DNA from: Armatimonadota bacterium
GTDB lineage: Bacteria > Armatimonadota > UBA5829 > DSUL01
Length of the DNA: 64,000 nucleotides
Assembly (NCBI GenBank): GCA_040769165.1
Contig: JAXGLP010000001.1
Location: 1,451,702-1,515,701 of the forward strand
Direction: 5' to 3'
Positions 49,271-58,816 of the stretch are shown piece by piece; the first letter of the stretch is position 1, and each line of letters opens with the position of its first letter. A program made the position numbers and the translations under genes. The notes beneath the pieces were generated by a model. That model was not told the origin of the DNA. It made no database searches and saw only the letters and a list, made by a program, of their open reading frames with translations.

Positions 49271-51298
49271 CTATCCCTTCTCGAAAGGATCGTAGTCATC
49301 GCCGCCCGCGGACGCCACGCGCGGCGCTCCGAAGCCGCCCGGTCCCGCCGGGGCAACCTGAGGCTGGCTCTTCGCGAGCTTCTTCAGCACCGCCAGCGGA
49401 TCGGGCGGGCATTCGAGCCTGATCCGGTTCAGCGCATTGATGACCGACTCGCGGTCGGATTCCTCCACCACCGCGCGCACCGCGTCGGTCGTTACCGTGC
49501 GGTCGTACTCGCGGCACACCCGCACCGCGACATCTTCGAGCGAAAGCTCCCCGGCCTCCGGAAACAGCTTGATGCCGTCCGACCCGCGCAGGATGTTCGG
49601 ACGCGGGAACTTCACGAATATCGCCTGGCTGAAGTGCGGATGCCGCACCATAAGTTGCCCCTTGGAAAGCGTCGCGAGCTTCTCGCGCTCAGCCCGGCTT
49701 AGAACCTGATACCCCGGCGTCGAGAGTTCGTCCATATCCATGCGCCCGTACATTGACGTGCCGCAGTTGCCAACGACCCGCTTGTGCACCTGGCTGCGAA
49801 ACTGCTGCGCGCTGAACAGAACCAGCCCGATATAGCGGCCGCGCTCCGAGATATCGAGAAGCGTCTTCTTGAGATATGTCTCCGGTCCGTCGCTCGGGGC
49901 GTACTTGTTCAGCTCGTCAACGACAACGACGCACTTCTCGACGCCTAGCTTCTTCTTCTCGAGATACTCCCGCAGCTTGCTGACGACGCGCGTCACGACA
50001 AGGTCCTGCCCCTGGGCATCCATCTTCGCGATGTCTATGACGTAGATGCTGCCCGGCTTGAACTCGCCCCACGGCAGGTCGGCGCAGCGCTCGTCGCGCT
50101 CGACGAGCAGCCCCCGGTAGCGCGTCACGAGGTTGGAGAGGCGGTTGTACACCTTGCGGATGGTCATCACGTTGTGCGTGCGGAACTGCTCTTCGCCGCG
50201 GCCGCCTTTCTCGTCTTCCAGATGCTTGAGGAGCTGCCGGAACCAGCGCTCGAGGTCCTGAAACGTGCGGACAGGGGGAAGGCAATCGCCATTCGAGAGT
50301 TTGATCCCGTTTTCGTCCCGGATGACCGTCTGGTTGATGTACTGGATGAACGCGTCGGCCTTGGCGTCTATGTCATCGCGGTTGAGAACAACCTCCGCGA
50401 ACTCGAGAATGTCGGTGAGGCCCCAGGCGAGCGCCGAGACGTTGTGCGTCACATCAGGGTTCGACCGGAGGGTGCTGAGGTTGAACTGGTCCTCTTTATA
50501 CGGCGCGTAGTAATGGACATCCCGAAACGCTTCGCAGGGCACGCCGAGCGCGTCGTACATCGCGAAGTCGTCGGGCGTGAGCTGCCCCACCCCGAGCTTC
50601 TCGTACCGCTCCGCCAGATCGGGGTCCTCGGGGCTCTGATCCGGGTAGTCCAGGAACAGCATGTCGTGTCCCTTCACGTTGAAGCAGACACACGCGACGT
50701 TGTCCTGAGTCGCGAAGATGCTTTGAAGCAGAAACTCGATGGCGCTCGTCTTGGTCGCGAGCCCCGAGACGCCCGTCAGCGTAGCGTGGGCCGCCTCGGG
50801 CCCCAGCAGGAACTCGGCGTCGAGCAGCACGGGTGAGAGCATCTCGCCGTTCTGATAGACGCCGATGGGCACGCCGGTCTTTTCGGCATAGGTGTCCATC
50901 CGCAGCGAGCGCTTGACGCAGAAATCGTCCGACAGGTACACCGGGCCCACCGGAACGGGCTGGACAGGCTCCTCCGGGTCTCGCCGGAGCACCGCCGCTG
51001 TGTAGCAACGAACTTCCGGCCTGCGGGTCATCGGCTCGTTGTCGGGCCGCTCCTCCATGCCGATGTAGTCGTGCATGGCTGAGGCCACATCGGTAAATGA
51101 CCACGCCTCGATCACGACGCCGTACACCTGGGTCGCACCCGCGTCAACAACGACCAGCGTCCCGATTCCCACCGGCGACCCCTCGCCCGTCCAGAAGTGG
51201 AACTCGTACGCGGTATTCGGCTTCGCTTCGGTCGCGACGACACGCCCGACCTGCCGCAGATCGGCGCTGAACCCCGCCTTCTCGCCTTCCATAGTCAT
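49271..51298 (-). CDS. herA: HerA-like DNA helicase/ATPase (FtsK-HerA superfamily)
   Basis: N-terminal HAS-barrel-like region (GRVVATEAKPNTAYEFHFWTG...GTLVVVDAGATQVYGVVIE). Walker B VVVVDELNKY. Putative P-loop reads GVSGLATKTS, which is non-canonical by eye. Sits between nurA and sbcD. Confidence 0.65.
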   Translation of the reverse strand: MTMEGEKAGFSADLRQVGRVVATEAKPNTAYEFHFWTGEGSPVGIGTLVVVDAGATQVYGVVIEAWSFTDVASAMHDYIGMEERPDNEPMTRRPEVRCYTAAVLRRDPEEPVQPVPVGPVYLSDDFCVKRSLRMDTYAEKTGVPIGVYQNGEMLSPVLLDAEFLLGPEAAHATLTGVSGLATKTSAIEFLLQSIFATQDNVACVCFNVKGHDMLFLDYPDQSPEDPDLAERYEKLGVGQLTPDDFAMYDALGVPCEAFRDVHYYAPYKEDQFNLSTLRSNPDVTHNVSALAWGLTDILEFAEVVLNRDDIDAKADAFIQYINQTVIRDENGIKLSNGDCLPPVRTFQDLERWFRQLLKHLEDEKGGRGEEQFRTHNVMTIRKVYNRLSNLVTRYRGLLVERDERCADLPWGEFKPGSIYVIDIAKMDAQGQDLVVTRVVSKLREYLEKKKLGVEKCVVVVDELNKYAPSDGPETYLKKTLLDISERGRYIGLVLFSAQQFRSQVHKRVVGNCGTSMYGRMDMDELSTPGYQVLSRAEREKLATLSKGQLMVRHPHFSQAIFVKFPRPNILRGSDGIKLFPEAGELSLEDVAVRVCREYDRTVTTDAVRAVVEESDRESVINALNRIRLECPPDPLAVLKKLAKSQPQVAPAGPGGFGAPRVASAGGDDYDPFEKG

Positions 51299-52305
51299 AT
51301 CAACCTCGCATCCATCTCAACCTGACTGGGCGATATCGCCTTCAGATACTGCTCGCAATCCCTTATCGGGTAGATCATCCTGTCCCACCGGCCGTCGGGG
51401 AGGCTCACGGGGCATCGTTCGGCCAGAATCCACGCCGAGATCGCGTCTGCATGCCTGATCGCCTCCGGCCCCGGCTTGGCCTCCACGCGCACGAGTCCGA
51501 ACGATGGGTCTTGAGCCCTGTCTTCGCGCAGCCGCACGTACCACGAATACGCCGAGTGGAAATCGCCTTTGTGCGTGCGGAAGACGCTCGTCCGGCGCCC
51601 TTCCGGCAGCTCCATAATCCGCCGGTACTCCTCGCCGGTGAAATAGCGCGTCTGGTGGCTTTTGATAAGCCCCACCACCCGTTCGGAACCCGGGCTATCG
51701 AGCGACAGCGGAATGCCGCCGTCCACAAGCAGCCAATCGTGCGGCCCCGCAGCCGGACACCACTGCCGCGTGAGTTCCTGCTCCAGTTCGGCCCGCGCCT
51801 TTCCGACAGCCCTGTGGGCGGCTTCGCGCACAGCGGCGGGATGGTCGCGGTCGGCCGGCTTCATGTCGCGGGGGAAAGACGGTGCGCAGTCGAGACAATC
51901 CAGAGCGTCTTCGAGAAACCGCTCCGGCGGGCACAGTTCGAACGGCATGACGAGCGCCTCGCGGGTGCGGACAAAGCCGCGGAAGGTGGACATACGCCGG
52001 TCGGCGCCGCGCACCCGGACGGCGGCCGCCACGAACGCCCGCACAACTGGCAGGAGATTGTAGGTCAGGACGATCTTCGTCCTCTGCACGCCGTCCAGAA
52101 AGTGAGTCAGACCGGACACGTCCGCGACAGCCACTTCGCGCTGCTCCAGGGACGTGCCTTCCACCACTTCGGCTTCGACGGTGTGCGCTTCGGCGTCCGG
52201 CAGACGCATGCCGTCTTCGTCCCAGATGTGACCAGTAACAGGCCGAACCGAACTGTCGCCGGCGTTCCGGCGCAGGTGATGCTGCAGTTTTTGTCCAAAG
52301 CTCAT
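51295..52305 (-). CDS. nurA: NurA-like 5'-3' nuclease
   Basis: 336 aa, acidic catalytic-type residues, in operonic position with an ATGA overlap to herA. Assignment rests on family resemblance plus the conserved HerA partnership. Confidence 0.55.
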   Translation of the reverse strand: MSFGQKLQHHLRRNAGDSSVRPVTGHIWDEDGMRLPDAEAHTVEAEVVEGTSLEQREVAVADVSGLTHFLDGVQRTKIVLTYNLLPVVRAFVAAAVRVRGADRRMSTFRGFVRTREALVMPFELCPPERFLEDALDCLDCAPSFPRDMKPADRDHPAAVREAAHRAVGKARAELEQELTRQWCPAAGPHDWLLVDGGIPLSLDSPGSERVVGLIKSHQTRYFTGEEYRRIMELPEGRRTSVFRTHKGDFHSAYSWYVRLREDRAQDPSFGLVRVEAKPGPEAIRHADAISAWILAERCPVSLPDGRWDRMIYPIRDCEQYLKAISPSQVEMDARLI

Positions 52306-52404
52306 CGCTGCCTCCCGGGCAGAATGGTATCACACGCGGACATGTTCGAGACCAAACATCCGTTCCCCTGCGTTATCGGGGGCGGAATTCAGAAATCCAG
52401 CGTC

Positions 52405-53298
52405 TCAGGGCGCGAGAATCCGGTCGAGCCCTTCAGCAAACGGCGTTAGGGGCAGATGCAGGGCTTCGACGGCGTGATTTGGCTCCGCTATGTTGTCTTC
52501 TCCGAGCATTATGAGCTGATCGGGAGTGAGCGGAAAGCGTGAAGTGACCCTGGACATTGTGCCCGAGAGCAAACGCATCAGCGCCGCCGGAACGTGCACG
52601 AACGGCTTTCGCGATTTCATCCGCCCCGCGATCACGCGAAGAATGGTCTCGAAGGAGAGGCGCTCCGGACCGCCCAACTCGAACGTATTCCCCGCCATCG
52701 CGGCGGCATCTTCAAGGCAGGCGGCGAACGCGTTGCAGACATCCTCGACGGCAATCGGCTGGAACAGATTCCTGCCGCTGCCGATGACCGGCACGACCGG
52801 CGCCTTTCGCACGAGATCAATCAGCATCGTCGTGAAGCCGTCGCCTTTGCCGAAGATGAGAGACGGCCGAAGTATGGTCCATTCCAGGCCGGAGGCTCGC
52901 GCGGCCTCCTCTGCCCTCCACTTGCTCTGGTGATATCTGCTTGCCGCCCCCGGCCTCGTCCCAGCCGCGCTCATATGCACGATGCGGCGAACTCCGCACG
53001 CGGCGGCGGCCTCGAGCACGTTGTCCGTGCCCAGCACGTGAACCGCCTCGAACGACGCCCGCGAACTCTCGCGAATGATGCCGACAAGGTGAACAACGGC
53101 ATCGCAGTCCTCAAACGCTCGCGCAAGCGAATCCGGGCTCAGGATGTCGCCGCGCGCGACCGTGACCCCCTCCGCCGGAAGCTGCCCCGGACGCGGATCA
53201 GACCGTACAAGGCAGGTCAGGTGATGGCCACGGCCGGCAAGCTCGCGCGCCATCGCGCGGCCTACAAACCCGGTGGCTCCCGTAAGTGCTATCCTCAC
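52405..53298 (-). CDS. NAD-dependent epimerase/dehydratase family protein (NmrA/NDUFA9-like)
   Basis: N-terminal Rossmann motif LTGATGFVGRAMARELAGRGH. SDR-extended fold. Confidence 0.8.
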   Translation of the reverse strand: MRIALTGATGFVGRAMARELAGRGHHLTCLVRSDPRPGQLPAEGVTVARGDILSPDSLARAFEDCDAVVHLVGIIRESSRASFEAVHVLGTDNVLEAAAACGVRRIVHMSAAGTRPGAASRYHQSKWRAEEAARASGLEWTILRPSLIFGKGDGFTTMLIDLVRKAPVVPVIGSGRNLFQPIAVEDVCNAFAACLEDAAAMAGNTFELGGPERLSFETILRVIAGRMKSRKPFVHVPAALMRLLSGTMSRVTSRFPLTPDQLIMLGEDNIAEPNHAVEALHLPLTPFAEGLDRILAP

Positions 53299-54443
53299 CC
53301 GCTGCCTCCATTGCTCGCGGCCAGCATCAGCCGCCCAAGATTGCAGGAAGCCAGCTCCAGCAGATCCGGCGTGCGCCGCAGGGCTTCCTCCAGAGTCATC
53401 GGCCTGTCCGCCGCCGCAATGAGAGCGGTCGCTCCGCGCGCATAGAACGGTTCGGAATCGTCAACCGTGACAGCGCCGGACAGAATGACGCACGGCTTTT
53501 TCGCCTGCCTCGCAAGCTCCAGCACACGACAGACAACCTTGCCGCTCAGCGTCGAAGCGTCGGTCTTGCCTTCGCCCGTGATGACCCAGTCCGCGCGCTC
53601 CATGCGCTCCGGCAGACGGATCGCGTCCGCAATCAGCCCCGCGCCGCTCAGGATACGAGCGCCGCAAAACGCGAGCAGCCCCGCCCCCAGCCCGCCTGCC
53701 GCTCCCGCGCCCTCCGCGTGTTCCACGTCAACGCCCAGACTGCTGCGAAGCACATCAGCATAGCGCGCCAGCGCCCTGTCAAGAAGCTGCACGTCAGCCC
53801 GAGACGCGCCTTTCTGAGGGCCATACACAGCCGATGCGCCGTCATCTCCTGTAAGCGGGTTGCGGACGTCGGACGCGACGTCAATGGGTGTACTGACGAT
53901 GCGGGGGTCGAGCCCGGATACGTCCACCCGCGCCAGAGTCTGAAGAGCCTGCCCGCCGGGCCCGATCTCTTCGCCGTGTTCATCCAGCAGGCGCGCCCCC
54001 AGCGCCGACGCCATTCCCGCGCCGCCGTCGTTGGTGGCGCTTCCGCCGATGCCGATGATGACCCGTTTTGCCCCGCAGTCCAGCGCGCGCAGGATGAGTT
54101 CGCCCACCCCGCGGGTTGTCGCGACAAGCGGGTTCCGCTCGTCCGGCCGAAGAAGTTGCAGGCCGGCGGCTTCGGCCATCTCCAGAACCGCCGTCTCGCC
54201 GTCTTCCAGAAACCCAAAACGCGCCTCCACGGGAGCACCCACGGGTCCGGTGACCCGATGCGTCTGAAGCCGCCGCCCTCGCGCGCACAGAGCGTCCACC
54301 GTGCCCTCGCCGCCATCAGCCATCGGCGCGAGGTCGCTCTGGATGCGCTTCGACGCGCGCGTCAGGCCAGTTTCCATGTGCTCCGCCACAGCCGAGGCAG
54401 AGAGAGCCTCCTTGTAGGAGTCGGGGCAGACGAGTATCTTCAC
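53295..54443 (-). CDS. glxK: Glycerate kinase
   Basis: GTG start at 54443 (AGGGA RBS) inside the longer track ORF. VKILVCPDSYKEALSA...MADGGEGTVDAL matches the GlxK/GckA N-terminus. 4-nt overlap with the epimerase gene. Confidence 0.8.
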   Translation of the reverse strand: MKILVCPDSYKEALSASAVAEHMETGLTRASKRIQSDLAPMADGGEGTVDALCARGRRLQTHRVTGPVGAPVEARFGFLEDGETAVLEMAEAAGLQLLRPDERNPLVATTRGVGELILRALDCGAKRVIIGIGGSATNDGGAGMASALGARLLDEHGEEIGPGGQALQTLARVDVSGLDPRIVSTPIDVASDVRNPLTGDDGASAVYGPQKGASRADVQLLDRALARYADVLRSSLGVDVEHAEGAGAAGGLGAGLLAFCGARILSGAGLIADAIRLPERMERADWVITGEGKTDASTLSGKVVCRVLELARQAKKPCVILSGAVTVDDSEPFYARGATALIAAADRPMTLEEALRRTPDLLELASCNLGRLMLAASNGGSG

Positions 54444-54469
54444 GGCGGCGTCCCTGCCATCTGAGTTCA

Positions 54470-56581
54470 CTACGGCCTCACGATATCCCCCGGAGACCTT
54501 GGCACAAGAACGGGTATGCTGCCGGTGGGGCCGGCCTCGAGTTGCGCGATGCCCGTAACGCGCACCATCGCGCCCAGCGAAGGCGGAGTGCCCGCGACAG
54601 GCGTGATCACCTTGAGACCCGAACCCGAAGCCGACCCGTCGTTGAGCGTGAAGTAGCCGGTACTGCGTATTGTTACGCGGCCCCAGGTGTCCACAAGCAG
54701 CCCTATCGTGCCAAGCCCCTTCGCTGCGGGATCGCCGGACGTCCAGGTAACTTGTGCCGGGCGGCATGCCAGACTACGTATATCGCCCCCGTATTCGATG
54801 TCGGAGACTCTCTGACAGTCGCGCAGGTAACGCTCGCCCGTCGGCTTCGTCCCGAGCACTCCGACGATCTGCACCATTCGCCCGGGCGTGAACACGTCCG
54901 TGGACTCGGCGCGAATGCCCGCGCTGCGATCCTGCTGCTGCACGTAGTTTGCCCCGGCCTGCTGCGAGCTTGCTGTGACGAGCAGCCCCGAAGCGATGAC
55001 GCGGGTGCCATCGACGAACTGACCCGCCTCCCCCAGCCTGCTCATCTGGACGGGCTGCGGAGCAAGCGGGCTGACGGCGAAATCCTCGCGCGACACCGCG
55101 CCGGGAAGCACGCGCACATCACGCCGCGAGGCGATATACCCCGCCCCGTTGATGGCATAGACCGGGTACACCGTCCCGGACGCCGCGGCCGGCATTCCTG
55201 TAATGGTATAGTAGCCGTTGCCGTCCGTCTGAGCGGTATAGGCCGACCCGGGGCGCAGCACGGTGGCGTTGTCTATCGGCTCGCCCGTTATCGCATCCAC
55301 AACTCGCCCGAAGAGCACCCCGTCCGTCGCCAGAGCCGGGTCGCGCCAGGGCATGGCAGGCGTCGGCGCGGGTAGTGCGAACAGCGTGCTGCCGATGTAG
55401 CTGTACCAGGACCAGTCTGTCTCCCCCGTGCCGTCTTCGTTGCTGTCCACGGTCACGGCATACGAGTAGTTGACGGTGCCGTTCGCCCCGGCGTCCAGGC
55501 AGTACTGCATCTGGGTGACGCTGTCCGGCATAGTGTTGAGGTAGTTCGCCTGCCCGCAGAAAACGTGGCGGTCGTGCCGCCAGACGACTACCCTGTTGAT
55601 CCAGTTCCGGTACCAGAGCGCATTGTTGGGGACCGCCTCGCGCTTGTAGTTCATGGGACAGGCAGCGTCGAGCCATCCCTGCGCCATCCAATGCTCCCAG
55701 TTCTGAAAGAGCTTGTATGCGCTGGTTGAGGTGAAGAGCGAAGGGGCATCTCCAAAGGAGATGAGCGCGGCAGTGTGCCTGAGCGGCTGCCGCGGGTTTG
55801 TGGTGATTAGCGGGAGTTCGGCCCGGACGCGCGCTACGAGTTCGTTGATGGTGCGCCGTCTGAAATCATCCCACTGAGCGTCACCCGAGGCGGCTGGCAC
55901 ATCGGTGCGGCCCGTGATCCGCTGAAACCGGCTGAGGCCGGATTTGTTATACGACGCGACGGCCGGGTAGCCTGCATCGGCCGAGGTGTAGCGGATGTAA
56001 TCCCAGTGTATCCCGTCAATCGCGTAGTTCGTCGCCAGCTCCCTGACGATGGAAACGAGATGCTCCTGAACTGCGGGGCAGCCCGGGTCGAGCGTGTACT
56101 TGCCATCCACCGTTGCCACCGAGCCCATCGAGCCAGACGGTACCATTAGCCACTCGGGGTGGCTGGCGAGCAGGCTGTTGCCAGCGGGCGGCCACGATGT
56201 GGACACCCTGTATGCCACCAGCCAGCAATGCACCTCGATGCCGGCGGCGTGCGCCTTCTGGACAAGATACGCCAGCGGGTCTATCCCGCCGGAGATGTCG
56301 GTGGCTTTCGGGACGAGAGAGGAGTTCCAGTAAGCCCCGTGGCCGCCGCCCGCGGTGTCGTGGTAGGCCAGCACTTCGGGGATGATTGCATTGTACTTGC
56401 CCGCCACGGCCCTGGCGACAAGAGAGTCAATCTGAGACGTGCTCTTGAAGCCGGAATGGAAGGCATCCGCCCAGAAAGCCCGGAACACTCCATCGGCGCT
56501 TACTGGCAGGTGAGCAGCAGCCAGGGTAAGCGCAGTAACCAGCGCAGCCATGAGAGAACGAGGGAACTGCTTGACGATCAT
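54470..56581 (-). CDS. Secreted glycoside-hydrolase-like family 10 (GHL10) protein with carboxypeptidase-regulatory-like domain and the shared C-terminal module
   Basis: Start at ATG 56581 (GGAAAGG RBS) inside the longer track ORF; signal peptide MIVKQFPRSLMAALVTALTLAAA. FRAFWADAFHSGFK TIM-barrel start typical of GHL10. C-terminal module at about 54470-55040. Confidence 0.75.
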   Translation of the reverse strand: MIVKQFPRSLMAALVTALTLAAAHLPVSADGVFRAFWADAFHSGFKSTSQIDSLVARAVAGKYNAIIPEVLAYHDTAGGGHGAYWNSSLVPKATDISGGIDPLAYLVQKAHAAGIEVHCWLVAYRVSTSWPPAGNSLLASHPEWLMVPSGSMGSVATVDGKYTLDPGCPAVQEHLVSIVRELATNYAIDGIHWDYIRYTSADAGYPAVASYNKSGLSRFQRITGRTDVPAASGDAQWDDFRRRTINELVARVRAELPLITTNPRQPLRHTAALISFGDAPSLFTSTSAYKLFQNWEHWMAQGWLDAACPMNYKREAVPNNALWYRNWINRVVVWRHDRHVFCGQANYLNTMPDSVTQMQYCLDAGANGTVNYSYAVTVDSNEDGTGETDWSWYSYIGSTLFALPAPTPAMPWRDPALATDGVLFGRVVDAITGEPIDNATVLRPGSAYTAQTDGNGYYTITGMPAAASGTVYPVYAINGAGYIASRRDVRVLPGAVSREDFAVSPLAPQPVQMSRLGEAGQFVDGTRVIASGLLVTASSQQAGANYVQQQDRSAGIRAESTDVFTPGRMVQIVGVLGTKPTGERYLRDCQRVSDIEYGGDIRSLACRPAQVTWTSGDPAAKGLGTIGLLVDTWGRVTIRSTGYFTLNDGSASGSGLKVITPVAGTPPSLGAMVRVTGIAQLEAGPTGSIPVLVPRSPGDIVRP

Positions 56582-56970
56582 AAAGAACCTTTCCGGGGAC
56601 AGGGCAGGCCTGCCACCCCGGCCCGCCGATGCTGTTACTACCATCATATTGTAGCACGATGAGCCCTTCCGGGGGCAGGCAGGTCCACCCAGCGCCGGCC
56701 CCTTTTGTGATTTTGGGGAGGAGAAGCGGACGCGGGCGCGCAAATAGTGGGCAGAACATACGAGTTGTTGGACACCCGTGGGCCATCCGGCGGAAAGTTT
56801 TCGCAGACGGGCTCGGGATTGTTGGAGCAAAGGTCGCAATTCTGGCGTCTATCCTGTAAGATGTACCAGTGCGGCCGGACTTCCCGCCGCGCGGCTCGCG
56901 TTAGAATATGCCCCGCTAAGAGGGCAGATGCCTTGACAGCTGGACCTTCACGTCCCGGTGGAGCCAAAAC

Positions 56971-57702
56971 ATGATTTTGAGAAACACGCTGATACTGTCT
57001 ATTATCGCCCTGATAACAGTGTCCTCGGTCGGTTTCTGCGCTACGAGCAGGACTCCACCCGGGTCGTTTTTGCGGCACCGTGTGTCGAGCACGTCCGATC
57101 TTGTTAATCAGGTTCAGAACGACAAGGTGGTTGGCCTGCGCTACAGGAACTTCTACCACACCGACCGCGACAAAGTCGTGGACGTCTTCAAGGGCCTCCG
57201 CCTCATCCCGCTGCCCGAGACGCGGAAGTTGCGCGTCTATTACTACGATGCTCACGGGCGTGTGGTCAGCGAGGCAAGGACCATACGCAAGGGCACGCCG
57301 GTTTTCGTTGACATTTACGGCAATCCGGTTCTCGAGGTGAAGTGCGGCAACCCGGTGGCGACGAAGCTGCCGGAGGTGAAAGTCTCACAGGCGCTTCCCC
57401 CGCCGCCGGTCAGTTCGTTCACCGTGACTCCCGATGTCTTCCCGGCGGTTCCCGAACTGCCGCCGTTCCCGCCGACAGAGACAACGTTTGCGGAGTTCAT
57501 GGTTCCGGGCCAGCCTGCCGCGGCCGAAGCGGCGCTTCCCGAGGTGCTCGCCCGGCACGGCCGTTCGTTCCCGTTCATTCCTTTCTGGTGGCCGGATGAC
57601 GACGACGACCACCCACCCGTTCCCGAGCCCGTATCGCTGGTTCTGTCCGGAATCGGACTGGCGGGGCTGGGCATCTACCGCAGGTTCGCCCGCGGGCGGT
57701 AG
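56971..57702 (+). CDS. PEP-CTERM sorting-domain protein (hypothetical)
   Basis: Signal peptide. C-terminus VPEPVSLVLSGIGLAGLGIYRRFARGR, i.e. PEP motif, TM helix, then Arg-rich tail (exosortase substrate architecture). Confidence 0.75.
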   Translation: MILRNTLILSIIALITVSSVGFCATSRTPPGSFLRHRVSSTSDLVNQVQNDKVVGLRYRNFYHTDRDKVVDVFKGLRLIPLPETRKLRVYYYDAHGRVVSEARTIRKGTPVFVDIYGNPVLEVKCGNPVATKLPEVKVSQALPPPPVSSFTVTPDVFPAVPELPPFPPTETTFAEFMVPGQPAAAEAALPEVLARHGRSFPFIPFWWPDDDDDHPPVPEPVSLVLSGIGLAGLGIYRRFARGR

Positions 57703-57705
57703 CGC

Positions 57706-57735
57706 CGCGCACATCGGCGCGCGAGGTTTTGCGGC
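57706..57735 (+). terminator. Possible hairpin terminator after the PEP-CTERM gene
   Basis: CGCCGCGC-ACATCG-GCGCGCG followed by AGGTTTTG. Weak. Confidence 0.3.
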
Positions 57736-57819
57736 CTGGTTCCGGCTCTGCCGGGCCAGGCCGTTTCGGCAACTGGCGGGGAGCCGCGCATAAGTCTGGT
57801 GGATCGAGAGGGTTCTGGC

Positions 57820-58782
57820 GTGAAAGCAATACGAGTGCACAGACCGGGCGGCCCGGAAGTGATGGAACTCGAGGATGTGGACATCCGCGAGCCGGACGAG
57901 GGTGAGGTGCTGGTACGCATTCGAGCGGCCGGCGTCAACCCTGTCGATACTTACATCCGCTCGGGCAGCGCGAACTACACCCCGGCTTGCCCCTACACTC
58001 CAGGCACCGACGGCGCGGGGATCATCGAGCGAACGGGCCGGGGCGTCAGGCGGCTCAGGGAAGGCCAGCGGGTCTTCGTGGGAGGCTCGGCCACGGGCAC
58101 GTACGCCGAAATGGCGATCTGCGCCGAGTCGCAGGCGCATGCTCTGCCACCGAAGGTCTCATTCGCGCAGGGGGCGGGCGTGTTCGTGCCTTACGCGACC
58201 GCCTACCACGCTCTTTTCCACAAAGCGCACGGCAGCCCCGAGGAGACGGTGCTGGTCCACGGCGCCACAGGCGGCGTCGGGTCGGCGGCGGTTCAGATCG
58301 CGAAGGCCGCCGGATTCACTGTCATCGCAACGGGCGGCACCGAGCAGGGGCGGCAGATGGTGAAGAACCAGGGCGCTGAACACGTCCTGGACCACAGCCA
58401 GTCCGGCTATCTGGATGCCGCTCACGAGCTGACCGGCGGCCGGGGCGTTGATATCATCCTCGAGATGCTCGCAAACGTGAACCTGGGCCGCGACCTCGGG
58501 GTTCTCGCGAAGGGCGGCCGCGTGGTAGTTATCGGCAGCCGGGGGCCGGTGGAGATCAATCCGCGCGACGCGATGTCTCGCGATGCCACGATTACGGGAA
58601 TGCTGCTCGCGAACAGCTCACCGCGCGAAATGGAGGCGATCGTTGCCGCGCTGGAGGCCGGGCTGGAAAGCGGAGTCCTGTCGCCGGTTACGGGAAAGGA
58701 GCTTCCGCTTGCCGAGGCGGCGCAGGCTCACCGCGATGTCATGGCCGCGGGCGCTTACGGAAAGATCGTGCTGATTCCCTGA
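57820..58782 (+). CDS. qor: NADPH:quinone oxidoreductase (zeta-crystallin-like MDR family)
   Basis: ...GVNPVDTYIRSG...HGATGGVGSAAVQIAKAAG... GTG start at 57820 (GAGAGGG RBS) preferred over GTG 57799. Confidence 0.75.
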   Translation: MKAIRVHRPGGPEVMELEDVDIREPDEGEVLVRIRAAGVNPVDTYIRSGSANYTPACPYTPGTDGAGIIERTGRGVRRLREGQRVFVGGSATGTYAEMAICAESQAHALPPKVSFAQGAGVFVPYATAYHALFHKAHGSPEETVLVHGATGGVGSAAVQIAKAAGFTVIATGGTEQGRQMVKNQGAEHVLDHSQSGYLDAAHELTGGRGVDIILEMLANVNLGRDLGVLAKGGRVVVIGSRGPVEINPRDAMSRDATITGMLLANSSPREMEAIVAALEAGLESGVLSPVTGKELPLAEAAQAHRDVMAAGAYGKIVLIP

Positions 58783-58816
58783 GGGATTGCGAGAGCAGGG
58801 GCTGGAGGTGTAGACA

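Noticed and set aside
56582-56839. 86-codon N-terminal extension of the GHL10 gene and 108-codon extension of glxK (54444-54767)
   Set aside because: Low-complexity Arg/Gly-rich extensions without signal peptide. Internal starts give a signal peptide (GHL10) or the conserved GlxK N-terminus, each with an RBS.
56600-56970. 370-nt intergenic region between the GHL10 gene and the PEP-CTERM gene as a possible ncRNA/tRNA
   Set aside because: No cloverleaf-compatible structure or conserved ncRNA motif recognisable by eye. More parsimoniously a divergent promoter region.
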